Assembly (NCBI GenBank): GCA_028284765.1
Contig: JANQRA010000003.1
Location: forward strand, 144,500-208,499
Length of the DNA: 64,000 nucleotides
Direction of reading: 5' to 3'
Source: Acidimicrobiia bacterium
Lineage (GTDB): Bacteria > Actinomycetota > Acidimicrobiia > Spongiisociales > ZC4RG35
This document shows positions 40,156 through 49,121 of the stretch, piece by piece. A program made the translations under genes and the position numbers. Below the pieces are notes generated by a model that saw nothing but the letters and a program-made list of their open reading frames with translations, ran no database searches and was not told the DNA's origin. Position 1 is the first letter of the stretch, and each line of letters opens with the position of its first letter.

Positions 40156-41897
40156 AGATCGCCCATCTGACAACAGTGGACATGAGCCTTCGCTACCTCG
40201 TGCTGCCCCAACTGGAGGCGGCGGCGGAAGCTGGTGAGGCGATTGCCATCTCTGCTCCAGGCCCCTATGTCGCTGAGATCGAACAACGTGGCATCACTCA
40301 CTTCCCGCTCAGCCACTCGACGCGGGGGATGAACCCGCTATCCGATCTCGGAGCCGCTTATCAACTCTGGAAGATTCTGCGGCGAGAGGGCGTCGACATC
40401 CTCCACACCCACAACCCCAAACCAGGCGTATACGGACGCATAGTTGGTCGTCTGGCTGGGGTTCCGATCGTGGTGAACACTGTGCATGGTCTCTATGCGA
40501 CCGAAACCTCGTCACGCCTCAAACGTTGGATCGTGTACGGCCTCGAGTGGTTTGCGGCGAAGTTCTCAGATTCTGAACTGATCCAGAACCCCGAGGACCT
40601 CGACCTACTAGCCGGCAAAAGGATTGTCCCGAGATCAAAGCTTCGGCTCCTGGGCAACGGCGTCGATCTGACACGTTTCAGCCCGGAATCAGCCGACTCG
40701 CACCGAGATGAGACGAGACGAGAATTGGGTCTCGGCCCGGACGACATCGTGGTGGGGATGATCGGGAGATTGGTGGAGGAGAAGGGGGTGCCTGAGCTGT
40801 TGGACGCCTTTGCCAAGATGCCTGAGAACTATCGACTCGTCATTGCCGGGCCCGACGATCCCGAGAAGTCGGATGCCCTGCCGCGGGAGATGATCCGTGG
40901 CGCAGAGGAGAGGGGTGTCCAGTTTCTCGGCATGAGATCGGATGTTGAGCGCCTCTACGGAGCCTTCGACATGTTTGTCCTCCCGAGCCACCGTGAAGGC
41001 TTTCCTCGGGCTGCCATGGAAGCTGCGGCCAGCGGGCTACCACTTATCGCCACTAATATCCGCGGCTGCCGTCAGGTCGTGTCCGACGGTGTCAACGGGC
41101 GCTTGGTGCCGGTGTCTGACGCCGTGGCCTTAGAGGCCGCGATTTTGGAGCTGGGCAGCAGTGAATCCCTGCGTGCGACGATGGCCGCGAAGTCTCTTGA
41201 GATAGCCCGCTCCGACTTCGACGAGCGGGATGTGGTTCGGATCGTGATGGATACCTACGAGTCGGTGGCGAGTGACAAAGGGCTTCGATGGGCGCTTCCG
41301 GTCGGATCCAGTGATGTGTCGGTTCGCATTGCAGACGTCTCGGACGTGGCTGCGGTTGCCGAAATGCACACGAGGCTGATCAACACCGGGTTTCTAGCCA
41401 CCTTGGGGTCGGGATTCCTGAAGGTCCTATACGAAGAGCTGATCAACGACGAGGACTCGGTCGTTTATGTGGCGGTCGGTGGTGACGGACGGCTGGGTTT
41501 CATAGCCGGGACCAAGGACACCGGAGCCCTGTACAAGCGGTTCCTGCGAAGTCGGGCCTTCTCCGCCGGTCTCCGTGTGGTTCCGGCCCTTGGGAGGAGG
41601 GGAACAATCAAGCGGATTGTCGAGACGCTGCGATACGGCGATGAGGCGCCAAGGGCCAAGGCTGAGCTTCTGTCCATGGGAGTCACTCCCCAGTCACAGG
41701 GCAAAGGAGTCGGGTCGCTGCTGATCAACCAGCTTCTCCGATGGAGTGAATCTGAATCGGTCCCGACGATGAAGGTGGTAGTCGGTTCGGAAAACGACAG
41801 GGCCATCCGGCTCTACAACCGAAATGGCTTCGTCGACGGGCGAACCATTGAGGTTCACGAGGGAGATAGTTCGGAGGAGTTCATCTGGTCGGCCTAG
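40152..41897 (+). CDS. GT4 family glycosyltransferase fused to a C-terminal GNAT domain
   Basis: HTHNPKPG, GRLVEEKG, PSHREGFPRAAMEA; C-terminal LSMGV.PQSQGKGVG and N.RAIRLY..NGF. Confidence 0.85.
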   Translation: MKIAHLTTVDMSLRYLVLPQLEAAAEAGEAIAISAPGPYVAEIEQRGITHFPLSHSTRGMNPLSDLGAAYQLWKILRREGVDILHTHNPKPGVYGRIVGRLAGVPIVVNTVHGLYATETSSRLKRWIVYGLEWFAAKFSDSELIQNPEDLDLLAGKRIVPRSKLRLLGNGVDLTRFSPESADSHRDETRRELGLGPDDIVVGMIGRLVEEKGVPELLDAFAKMPENYRLVIAGPDDPEKSDALPREMIRGAEERGVQFLGMRSDVERLYGAFDMFVLPSHREGFPRAAMEAAASGLPLIATNIRGCRQVVSDGVNGRLVPVSDAVALEAAILELGSSESLRATMAAKSLEIARSDFDERDVVRIVMDTYESVASDKGLRWALPVGSSDVSVRIADVSDVAAVAEMHTRLINTGFLATLGSGFLKVLYEELINDEDSVVYVAVGGDGRLGFIAGTKDTGALYKRFLRSRAFSAGLRVVPALGRRGTIKRIVETLRYGDEAPRAKAELLSMGVTPQSQGKGVGSLLINQLLRWSESESVPTMKVVVGSENDRAIRLYNRNGFVDGRTIEVHEGDSSEEFIWSA

Positions 41898-42826
41898 CAA
41901 TTCTCCTGGCCGCCGGGCTCACGGCCCTGCTCGGCAGGGCCCTCATCGTGTTTGGCCTCAGGTCTGGATTCGTCGATGTTCCCGACGATGAGCTGAAGAC
42001 GCACAGTGGGAGACCTGTCCCCTTGGGAGGTGTCGCCGTCTATGTCGCCCTGCACTCGGGACTTGCGGTCATGGGAGAGTTCGACATCGGCTTGTTGGCC
42101 GGGTCAACAGTCGTGCTGATCTTGGGTCTCGCAGACGATCGTCTCTCCTTGTCGCCGATCATCAGGCTGGTGGTTGTATCGGGAGCCGCGCTAGCGACCG
42201 CCCTTCTCCGCCCGGACCCATCGCTGGCGGGAGCCATTGGCTTCACGGTGGCAGTGCTCATCGTCGTCAACGCCATAAACCTGTTCGACGGTCTCGATGG
42301 CTTGGTAGCGATATCCGCCACGTTGACCTCACTCGGCCTTGCTGCTGTGTTCTGGTCATGGCCTCCACTCGTGCTCGGCGCCGCTCTTCTTGGGTTCTAC
42401 CTTTGGAATCGGCCGCCAGCGAGGCTCTACCTGGGTGACAACGGTGCCTACCTGATCGGTCTCTCGCTGGTGTGGCTGGCATACGCAGGCGCGGAATCCG
42501 GATGGGAGATCCTTGTGGGCCTTGCGTTGGTAGGTGTCCCGTTGATCGACATGGCGGCGACGATTTTCCGGCGATACCGCTCCTCCGATCCACTGTTTGA
42601 AGGAGACCGCGATCACAGTTACGACCGATTGCACCAGTCGGGTCGATCGGTGGCCCAAGTCGGACTTTGGGTGGGGTTGATTCAGGCCGCCTGGGTGGTT
42701 GCAGTCTTGGGAATAGCCGCCGTATTTGCCCCTGCCGTGGCGGCTACTGGCTCTGCTGTGCTTGGTGTCGGGCTGGCAGTTCTGGTGGGTTTGCGGGGAG
42801 CTGGGTCAGAGGCGGCAGCTTCTTGA
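41885..42826 (+). CDS. MraY/WecA (glycosyltransferase family 4) polyprenyl-phosphate sugar-1-phosphate transferase
   Basis: VPLGG, LGLADD, NAINLFDGLDGL, YLGDNGAY, GDRDHSY; start proposed at CTG 41885 (track start GTG 41948). Confidence 0.85.
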   Translation: MVGLAILLAAGLTALLGRALIVFGLRSGFVDVPDDELKTHSGRPVPLGGVAVYVALHSGLAVMGEFDIGLLAGSTVVLILGLADDRLSLSPIIRLVVVSGAALATALLRPDPSLAGAIGFTVAVLIVVNAINLFDGLDGLVAISATLTSLGLAAVFWSWPPLVLGAALLGFYLWNRPPARLYLGDNGAYLIGLSLVWLAYAGAESGWEILVGLALVGVPLIDMAATIFRRYRSSDPLFEGDRDHSYDRLHQSGRSVAQVGLWVGLIQAAWVVAVLGIAAVFAPAVAATGSAVLGVGLAVLVGLRGAGSEAAAS

Positions 42827-44114
42827 CCTCGTATCGGCTCGTCGAGCGTGCCTCCCAGCCAAGTCCGATGATCAGCACGAGGAAGAATGCAATCACCTGA
42901 CCACGCTGGCGGGCGATGATTCCAATGTTGCGGACGACGCTGAACGCCACGGCAAACCCGAGCAGGTAAAACGTCGAGAAGACGACGTAGGGTCGCGATC
43001 GCCAGTACTTCAGATTGCGCCAAACGGCCGGGAGCCGCCACAGAGTGAAACCTGCCAGCAAGGCTGTCTCTCCTGCTGCGAGCAGATGCTGAAGTTCGGT
43101 GGCCTCCCAGGGGAAAGGCCGGTAGAGCACGTGCGCCAACGCCATCGGGACGTCGAGTGGTGTGGTGACGACTCCTCCTGATCCGACCGAGCCTGAAGAT
43201 GTTCGCCGGACGACGTCGGCGGCGAATTCATCCACAGCCTGGCTGCTGAGAACATCGACCCCAAAGATGTCAGGGAAGACAGCCACCACGGCGGCAGAGG
43301 CGGCTAGCCCTCCTGCGAGGAGCATCAACCGTCGAAATGCCGCCCCCTGGTCGAGAGCTTTGGGCTTGGCAACCAGGGCCGTCAGCACCAGCGCACCGAC
43401 CACCAACGCGGCGATGTGGACCCGTACCAGACCGAGGGCAACCAGCGACACGCCCAGTCCTGTTAGCCAGCGGACTTCGAAGGCTTCGAGAGATCGACTG
43501 ATGAAGTAGGCCGATAGCCCAAGGGCCAGAACGACGAGAGCGTCTTTGCCGATCGACGACGGCCAGAAGGCGTAGGTCGGCAGGAGGAATATGAGGATTG
43601 CGTAGGGCTTGAGTTGATGGGGCTGTGCGTGTCGGCGGAATGCTGCGTAGAAGAGGATCTGACCGAGAAACGCCAGGATGGCGAAGAGCACGAAGCCGCC
43701 AAGAAGATCGGGTGTGATTATTGCGAAGAGACCCCCGGTGAAGGCTTCCACGACTTGGGTTCCGAAAGAACCTCTCCCGGTGAGCTCGGGGATGCTTCCG
43801 GACCGCCACTCTGAGGCAAGGTCGACACCAACGCGGTAGTACCGGAACGAGTCACCCGATCCGTACAGCACCGTGACCATGTAGTAGCGCCCAAGGACGC
43901 CTACCAACTTTGCTGCGAATCCGATTGCGATCCACTTCGGCAGCCATGCCTTGTCGTGCTCGCGTCGAATGGACCATCCGATGGCTGTCACCAGAAGCCC
44001 GCCCATTAGGGCAATGACTATCACCGCGGCGCCGGAGGCACCGACGCCGAGGAGAATCCCGAGCATGACCGTGGCGACTGCCGCAAGGGCGAGAATCGGG
44101 CCGTCAGATTTCAC
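42744..44114 (-). CDS. Putative polysaccharide polymerase (Wzy-like) multi-pass membrane protein
   Basis: About 12 TMs, GDSFRY, FWPSSIGKD, RPFPWE, NIGIIARQR; locus context; GTGA coupling at 44111-44114. Confidence 0.55.
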   Translation of the reverse strand: MKSDGPILALAAVATVMLGILLGVGASGAAVIVIALMGGLLVTAIGWSIRREHDKAWLPKWIAIGFAAKLVGVLGRYYMVTVLYGSGDSFRYYRVGVDLASEWRSGSIPELTGRGSFGTQVVEAFTGGLFAIITPDLLGGFVLFAILAFLGQILFYAAFRRHAQPHQLKPYAILIFLLPTYAFWPSSIGKDALVVLALGLSAYFISRSLEAFEVRWLTGLGVSLVALGLVRVHIAALVVGALVLTALVAKPKALDQGAAFRRLMLLAGGLAASAAVVAVFPDIFGVDVLSSQAVDEFAADVVRRTSSGSVGSGGVVTTPLDVPMALAHVLYRPFPWEATELQHLLAAGETALLAGFTLWRLPAVWRNLKYWRSRPYVVFSTFYLLGFAVAFSVVRNIGIIARQRGQVIAFFLVLIIGLGWEARSTSRYEVKKLPPLTQLPANPPELPARHQAQQSQ

Positions 44115-45061
44115 AGGAGCTCCAGGTCGGACATGGCGAAGTCCCACGAGCCTAGGTCAAACACGTCAACTGAGATTGGGGCGAGCTCACGTGCGACCAA
44201 TCGAAGGGTCTTGACACCGGGGAGGCGCCGAAGCCCGGCGCGTCGGATGTACTTCTCTTCGGGTGATCCTGCGCTGAACCAACTGGTCACAAATCGGGAG
44301 CGGTTGGCTCGAACAATCGCCTTCACCGTTGTGGCATCGGCGTCGCCAAGGACGTCAGCAATGCGTGTCTCGGACTTGAGCCCACGACGCGAAGCCCTGG
44401 CGACAACTCCGCCGGCGCGGGTCGGGACCAAGCCGTAGTGAGCTGTCGGATGCTCATTGAACCTCCAATGCAGGTACGCCGGGTCTCGCTTGGTCCGAAG
44501 GCCGCGTGCTGGACGGTCGGTCATGGCCGGGACGACGAAAGGGCTTATTCCCGGAAGCGAGTCTCCCAACGCCGGATAACGCTCCTTGTCGACCTTGAGC
44601 GAAGGTCCGAGGCGAGGTCTGAGGTAGGCGCCGAGGTATCCGACCTCTTTCCAACCCATCTTCAGATACCCGGGTCCCGATTGCTCATTCGGAGTGTTGA
44701 AGACGAGCCTGACTCCGCTGTCTCGGGCCACCTCGATCGCACTTTCGGTCAGAGTGCGGAACACTCCCTGTCGTCCGAACTCGGGATGGGTGGCCGTGTC
44801 GACGGCTCGTACGCACTGGATCGTCTCGCCCTCGCTGGTTAGGAGCTCCCATCTCATCAGAGCTCGGACTCCGGCCAGCCGATCGCCAGCCTGGGCGACC
44901 ATCACGACTGACTTCCCAAACGGGTTCTCATAGTGCTTCCAGCGGAAAAGGGCGTCAGTGCGCTGCAGCAGTGGCGTCTCGCCAAGCGCTGCCTTGAGGA
45001 TCTCGAGGATCTCCGGGATATCCGACTCGGTGGCAATGCGAGCCTTGATGGACTCAGCCAT
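44111..45061 (-). CDS. GNAT family N-acetyltransferase
   Basis: FRWKHYENPFG, AVDTATHPEFGRQGVF, FNTPNEQS..GYLKMGW. Confidence 0.8.
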   Translation of the reverse strand: MAESIKARIATESDIPEILEILKAALGETPLLQRTDALFRWKHYENPFGKSVVMVAQAGDRLAGVRALMRWELLTSEGETIQCVRAVDTATHPEFGRQGVFRTLTESAIEVARDSGVRLVFNTPNEQSGPGYLKMGWKEVGYLGAYLRPRLGPSLKVDKERYPALGDSLPGISPFVVPAMTDRPARGLRTKRDPAYLHWRFNEHPTAHYGLVPTRAGGVVARASRRGLKSETRIADVLGDADATTVKAIVRANRSRFVTSWFSAGSPEEKYIRRAGLRRLPGVKTLRLVARELAPISVDVFDLGSWDFAMSDLELL

Positions 45062-46154
45062 TGAGAGCCTCTCGGTAGATGGTCTCGTAGCGACGGATCA
45101 TGCGTGAGATCGAGTGATGCTCGAACACGTGCCTGGCTCCGTTAGATCCCCACTCGGCCGCATCAGGGTCGGTGAGTGATCGGTCGAGTCCGGCAGCGAG
45201 GGCTTGCGGATCACTCGGGGGTACCAGCAATCCGCTCACCTCGTGTCTGACCACCGATGGCACTCCACCCACCGCGGTCGCTACGACTGGTTTGGCAGAG
45301 GCGAGAGCCTCGAGAATCGAGACGGGTAGACCTTCTACGTCGGCCGGGTTGACGATGACATCTGCTGCGTCGATGAACGTACGCGCGTCGGGCCTGCGGC
45401 CCAGGAAGCGAATCCTCGACCCAACTCCAGCCTCCTCGGCCTCGCCGATAACTCTCACGAGGTCGCCTTCGTGCTTCTCACCTCCTATAGAGACGACGAG
45501 GAAGTCATCGTTGTGCATAAGGGCGGTCGCCTGGATCAGGTTGGTGTGGCCCTTGTGAGGTCTGATGTTGCCTACGTGGACGATGAGCTTGGTTGTCTCG
45601 GCGATCCCGAGTTCGGCCCTCGCTTCGCCGCCAGGCTCGCGCATCGGAGCCACACCATTGGGTATCACCACGGGTTCGGGTCCGGGATAGCCGGAGAGGC
45701 TCTCGGCTACTGGTTCGGAGACTGCTATCACCGCTCGATTTCGACCATACGTGGCTTTGTTGAGGGTCTTTGTTGGCTCCCGATACGAGCTGGCGATGTT
45801 GTGTTCCGTGTAGACAACCGGCACGCCGCCAGCGACACGGGCGAGAATTCCCGACGACGGCAGATGTGCATGGATCAGGTCGGGCGCGGTCTCCTTGACC
45901 AAAGTCCGAAACCTGGCGAAGGTCGCTGGTGTCAGTCCCTTCTCTCCGCCGACACAGGTGACTTCGATGCCCAGATCGGTGATGGGCTCGACCAACTGAT
46001 CCTTCCAAGGAAGCACGTAGGCCACCGAATAGTCGAACCGATCCAGGTCCCAGTGCCGGGCACCTTCTGAGATCAAGACCTCGGCACCCCCGATGCCAAG
46101 ACCCTTGATGAGTACGAGGACCTTCGTCCTGTTGTCAGTCCTCGGCGACGACAC
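45054..46154 (-). CDS. GT4 family glycosyltransferase
   Basis: LGIGGAE, YTEHN, VGNIRPHKG, EGLPVSILEA, VATAVGG. Confidence 0.9.
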   Translation of the reverse strand: MSSPRTDNRTKVLVLIKGLGIGGAEVLISEGARHWDLDRFDYSVAYVLPWKDQLVEPITDLGIEVTCVGGEKGLTPATFARFRTLVKETAPDLIHAHLPSSGILARVAGGVPVVYTEHNIASSYREPTKTLNKATYGRNRAVIAVSEPVAESLSGYPGPEPVVIPNGVAPMREPGGEARAELGIAETTKLIVHVGNIRPHKGHTNLIQATALMHNDDFLVVSIGGEKHEGDLVRVIGEAEEAGVGSRIRFLGRRPDARTFIDAADVIVNPADVEGLPVSILEALASAKPVVATAVGGVPSVVRHEVSGLLVPPSDPQALAAGLDRSLTDPDAAEWGSNGARHVFEHHSISRMIRRYETIYREALNG

Positions 46155-47019
46155 TGGCGATCAGTTCGTCCATTCCCCGGGAGAAGCTCACCTCTGAACG
46201 CCAGCCGAGGACTCTGGCCGCCTTCTCGGCGGAAACGGTCGCTGGGGGGACGTCACCAGGTCTGGGCTCTCCGAAGGAAACTTCGGTGGGGAATCGTTCG
46301 TTGACGATGTCGGCCAGTTCTTTGATCGAGGTCGACTCCGGGGCGACGATATTGAAGACTTCGCCGGTGATGTCTGACTTCGCAGCAAGCTCGAAAGCTC
46401 TTGCGATGTCTCCAGCGTTCGTGAACTGTCGCCCTTGTGAGCCATCACCCTGAATCGTGATTGGCTCCCCGGCACGCGCCCGATCGATGAAAATGCGGAA
46501 CACAGAGTTGGGTCTGAGTCCGGAGCCGTATGCAGTCCCCAGCCGCAGGGCGACAGCTGGTGCCCCTCCGAGACTCGCAGCGGAGAGGACCATCGCTTCG
46601 CCTGCGAGTTTCGTTATCGAGTAAGGATGGTCGGGGTTCGTCGGATGTGTCTCATCGAGCGGCTGATACTCAGGCTCTCCGTAGACCTCCCAGGTCGATG
46701 CATAGACCAGTCGTGCGCCTACCTCAGCGGCAGCCTCAGCGATGATGGCCGACCCCGTGACATTCACGTGGGATGCAAGGTCCGGCTTCTCGCCTGCGAG
46801 ATAGACATCACCAATGGCTCCGATATGGACGATCACATCCATGCCATCGGCGGCCTGCAGGGTGGTGGCCCGGTCGGTGAAGTCTCCTACTACTGACTCG
46901 ACACCGTCGATGTCTGTCGGGTCGCGGTCGAAGCCACGCACAGACCAGCCATCCTGATGGAAGTGACGCGCCACGTGTCTTCCGAGAAAGCCCGCTGCGC
47001 CCGTAACCAAAACTCGCAT
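46135..47019 (-). CDS. NAD-dependent epimerase/dehydratase (extended SDR)
   Basis: VTGAAGFLG, YSITK (YxxxK), GDGSQGRQF. Confidence 0.9.
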   Translation of the reverse strand: MRVLVTGAAGFLGRHVARHFHQDGWSVRGFDRDPTDIDGVESVVGDFTDRATTLQAADGMDVIVHIGAIGDVYLAGEKPDLASHVNVTGSAIIAEAAAEVGARLVYASTWEVYGEPEYQPLDETHPTNPDHPYSITKLAGEAMVLSAASLGGAPAVALRLGTAYGSGLRPNSVFRIFIDRARAGEPITIQGDGSQGRQFTNAGDIARAFELAAKSDITGEVFNIVAPESTSIKELADIVNERFPTEVSFGEPRPGDVPPATVSAEKAARVLGWRSEVSFSRGMDELIASVVAED

Positions 47020-47216
47020 TGATCGCCCCATTCGCTTGTCGCTAGTCGTGAATCGTATCTGGTGTTACAGACAACACAGTGGGCCTACGAGGGGATGAGG
47101 TGTCAATGGGTCGACCAGCCCATTCCCACTCTACGTGTCAAGAAACCACTTTCTGTGTCGGCCGAATGCTGATAGAGTCAGACCTGGTCCCGGTGGGTTA
47201 GCAATGGGAGGCGACC

Positions 47217-49121
47217 TTGGGCGGCGCAAGCAATGGGGATAGTCCGAAAGCCCGTGAAATAGTTTCGGCAACGGCTTCTCGATTCAGAGCAGATATCGCG
47301 TTTGCAGTTCTCGACGTGATGATCGTCATCGCCGCCTACACGTTTGGTCTCGCGCTCCGCATGCTCGATCCGTTGGTCGACGACCAGGTGAACTTCTGGC
47401 GCAACCTCGCGATCGCTCTTCCGGTCATCGTTTTGGTTCACATCGTCGCCAACACGATTGCCGGTGCATACGGCCACGTTTGGGAGTACGCCAGCACTTC
47501 CGAGGCTGTGCGTCTGGTGTTCGCCAATGCGGCGGCAGCTGCGGTGATCCTCGGCATGGGTCTGGCTGCCCGGGAGCTTTGGGATTTCGTCATTCCGATT
47601 CTCACACTCGTTGTGGGCGCCCTTGTCTCGTTCCTGATGATGGGAATGGTCCGGTTCCGATCTCGTCTCTTCTCGTATCGCAAGCACTCGGATGGCCCGC
47701 GCTCGCTCGTCGTCGGCGTTGATGCAGATGCTGCTCGATTCGCGCGTGAGGCGCCCGAGGTCGAGGGTGGAGGTCGAGTGATCGGCTTCCTCAACGGCGA
47801 GGCCTCCAAAGGCGGTTCAGATCGGCGCATCGCCGACCTGCCTGTTCTCGGCTCCATCGACGAGGTTGCAGACATCGTCGAAGAGCACGAGATCGATCAG
47901 GTGGTCATCACCGGCAACGATTCTGACATTGTGCGGACCGTCGTGGATGCCTGTCTGGACACTGAAGTCAGGCTGCGAATTCTCCCCGGAACTCAGGATG
48001 TCGTGAGAGACCAGAGGGCCCCGGTCGATGCACGTGACATCAAGGTCGAGGACCTTCTGATTCGGACACCCGTTGAGAGCGACATGACCGCTGTCTGCGA
48101 CCTTCTGAGGGGGAAGACCGTTCTGGTCACCGGAGCTGGAGGCTCGATTGGATCTGAGGTAGTGGCCCAGGTCTTGGAGTACGAGCCGGGTGCGGTCTGG
48201 GCACTGGATCGAGACGAGACACTGCTGCACGACGCCACCGTCCGTTGGCCGGGCCCGGTGTCCGTTTATCTCGGCAACGTCCGAGACGGGGACGCGATGA
48301 TCCGTGCATTCGAGAAGATAAGGCCCGACGTAGTCTTTCACGCTGCTGCCCTCAAGCATGTGCCCATGCTGGAAGAGCATCCCGACGAAGCAGTCCTAAC
48401 CAACGTCGTAGGTACCAGGAACGTCATCGAGGCAGGGTCACGGGTGGGAGTCGAGAACTTCGTCCTGATCTCCACCGACAAGGCGGTGGACCCAACAAGT
48501 GTGATGGGTGCCAGCAAGCGGGTGGCTGAGTTGATGGTCAAGCTCGGCGACGCCCGACAAGACGGTTGCACCTACTCCGCTGTCAGGTTCGGGAATGTGC
48601 TCGGCAGCCGGGGAAGCGTCATCCCCACATTCGTATCCCAGATAAGGAAGGGTGGGCCGGTCACGGTCACCGATCCTGATATGACCCGCTATTTCATGAC
48701 TGTCGACGAAGCGGTTCAGCTCGTGTTGCAGGCGTCGGCTCTCGCCGACAAGGCCGATCTGTTCCTCCTCGATATGGGTGACCCGATCAGGATCGAAGAC
48801 CTCGCACGGCGGTTGATCCGGCTGTCGGGTCTGATCCCAGACGTCGACATCGATATCAAGTACACCGGAATCCGACCTGGGGAGAAGAGGCATGAGCAGC
48901 TTGCGAATGGACCGCTTGAGCCAACATCGAATCCCAAGATCCTCGAGGTCCCGGTCGAGCTTCCCACCGCTGGACTCCTGGCGGAGGCAATCCTGAAGCT
49001 CGAGGAGGCTGCGCTCCAAGGCCGGACTAACGATGTCGTGCGTATCCTTAATAGTCTTGCGGACGGGAGTCTCTGGGCAGACCGCCCAGCAGACGATCGA
49101 CTCAAGACTGGATCTGGATAG
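47217..49121 (+). CDS. Membrane-anchored nucleotide-sugar 4,6-dehydratase (CapD/PglF/WbpM family)
   Basis: 4 N-terminal TMs, VTGAGGSIGSE, FHAAALKHVP, STDKAV, MGASKR, RFGNVLGSRGSV, MTRYFM; start uncertain. Confidence 0.92.
   Translation: MGGASNGDSPKAREIVSATASRFRADIAFAVLDVMIVIAAYTFGLALRMLDPLVDDQVNFWRNLAIALPVIVLVHIVANTIAGAYGHVWEYASTSEAVRLVFANAAAAAVILGMGLAARELWDFVIPILTLVVGALVSFLMMGMVRFRSRLFSYRKHSDGPRSLVVGVDADAARFAREAPEVEGGGRVIGFLNGEASKGGSDRRIADLPVLGSIDEVADIVEEHEIDQVVITGNDSDIVRTVVDACLDTEVRLRILPGTQDVVRDQRAPVDARDIKVEDLLIRTPVESDMTAVCDLLRGKTVLVTGAGGSIGSEVVAQVLEYEPGAVWALDRDETLLHDATVRWPGPVSVYLGNVRDGDAMIRAFEKIRPDVVFHAAALKHVPMLEEHPDEAVLTNVVGTRNVIEAGSRVGVENFVLISTDKAVDPTSVMGASKRVAELMVKLGDARQDGCTYSAVRFGNVLGSRGSVIPTFVSQIRKGGPVTVTDPDMTRYFMTVDEAVQLVLQASALADKADLFLLDMGDPIRIEDLARRLIRLSGLIPDVDIDIKYTGIRPGEKRHEQLANGPLEPTSNPKILEVPVELPTAGLLAEAILKLEEAALQGRTNDVVRILNSLADGSLWADRPADDRLKTGSG

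Noticed and set aside
47137..47167. Possible sigma-28/WhiG-type promoter (GTCA...GCCGAA) before the capD-like gene
   Set aside because: The spacing of about 20 nt is too long and there is only one instance.
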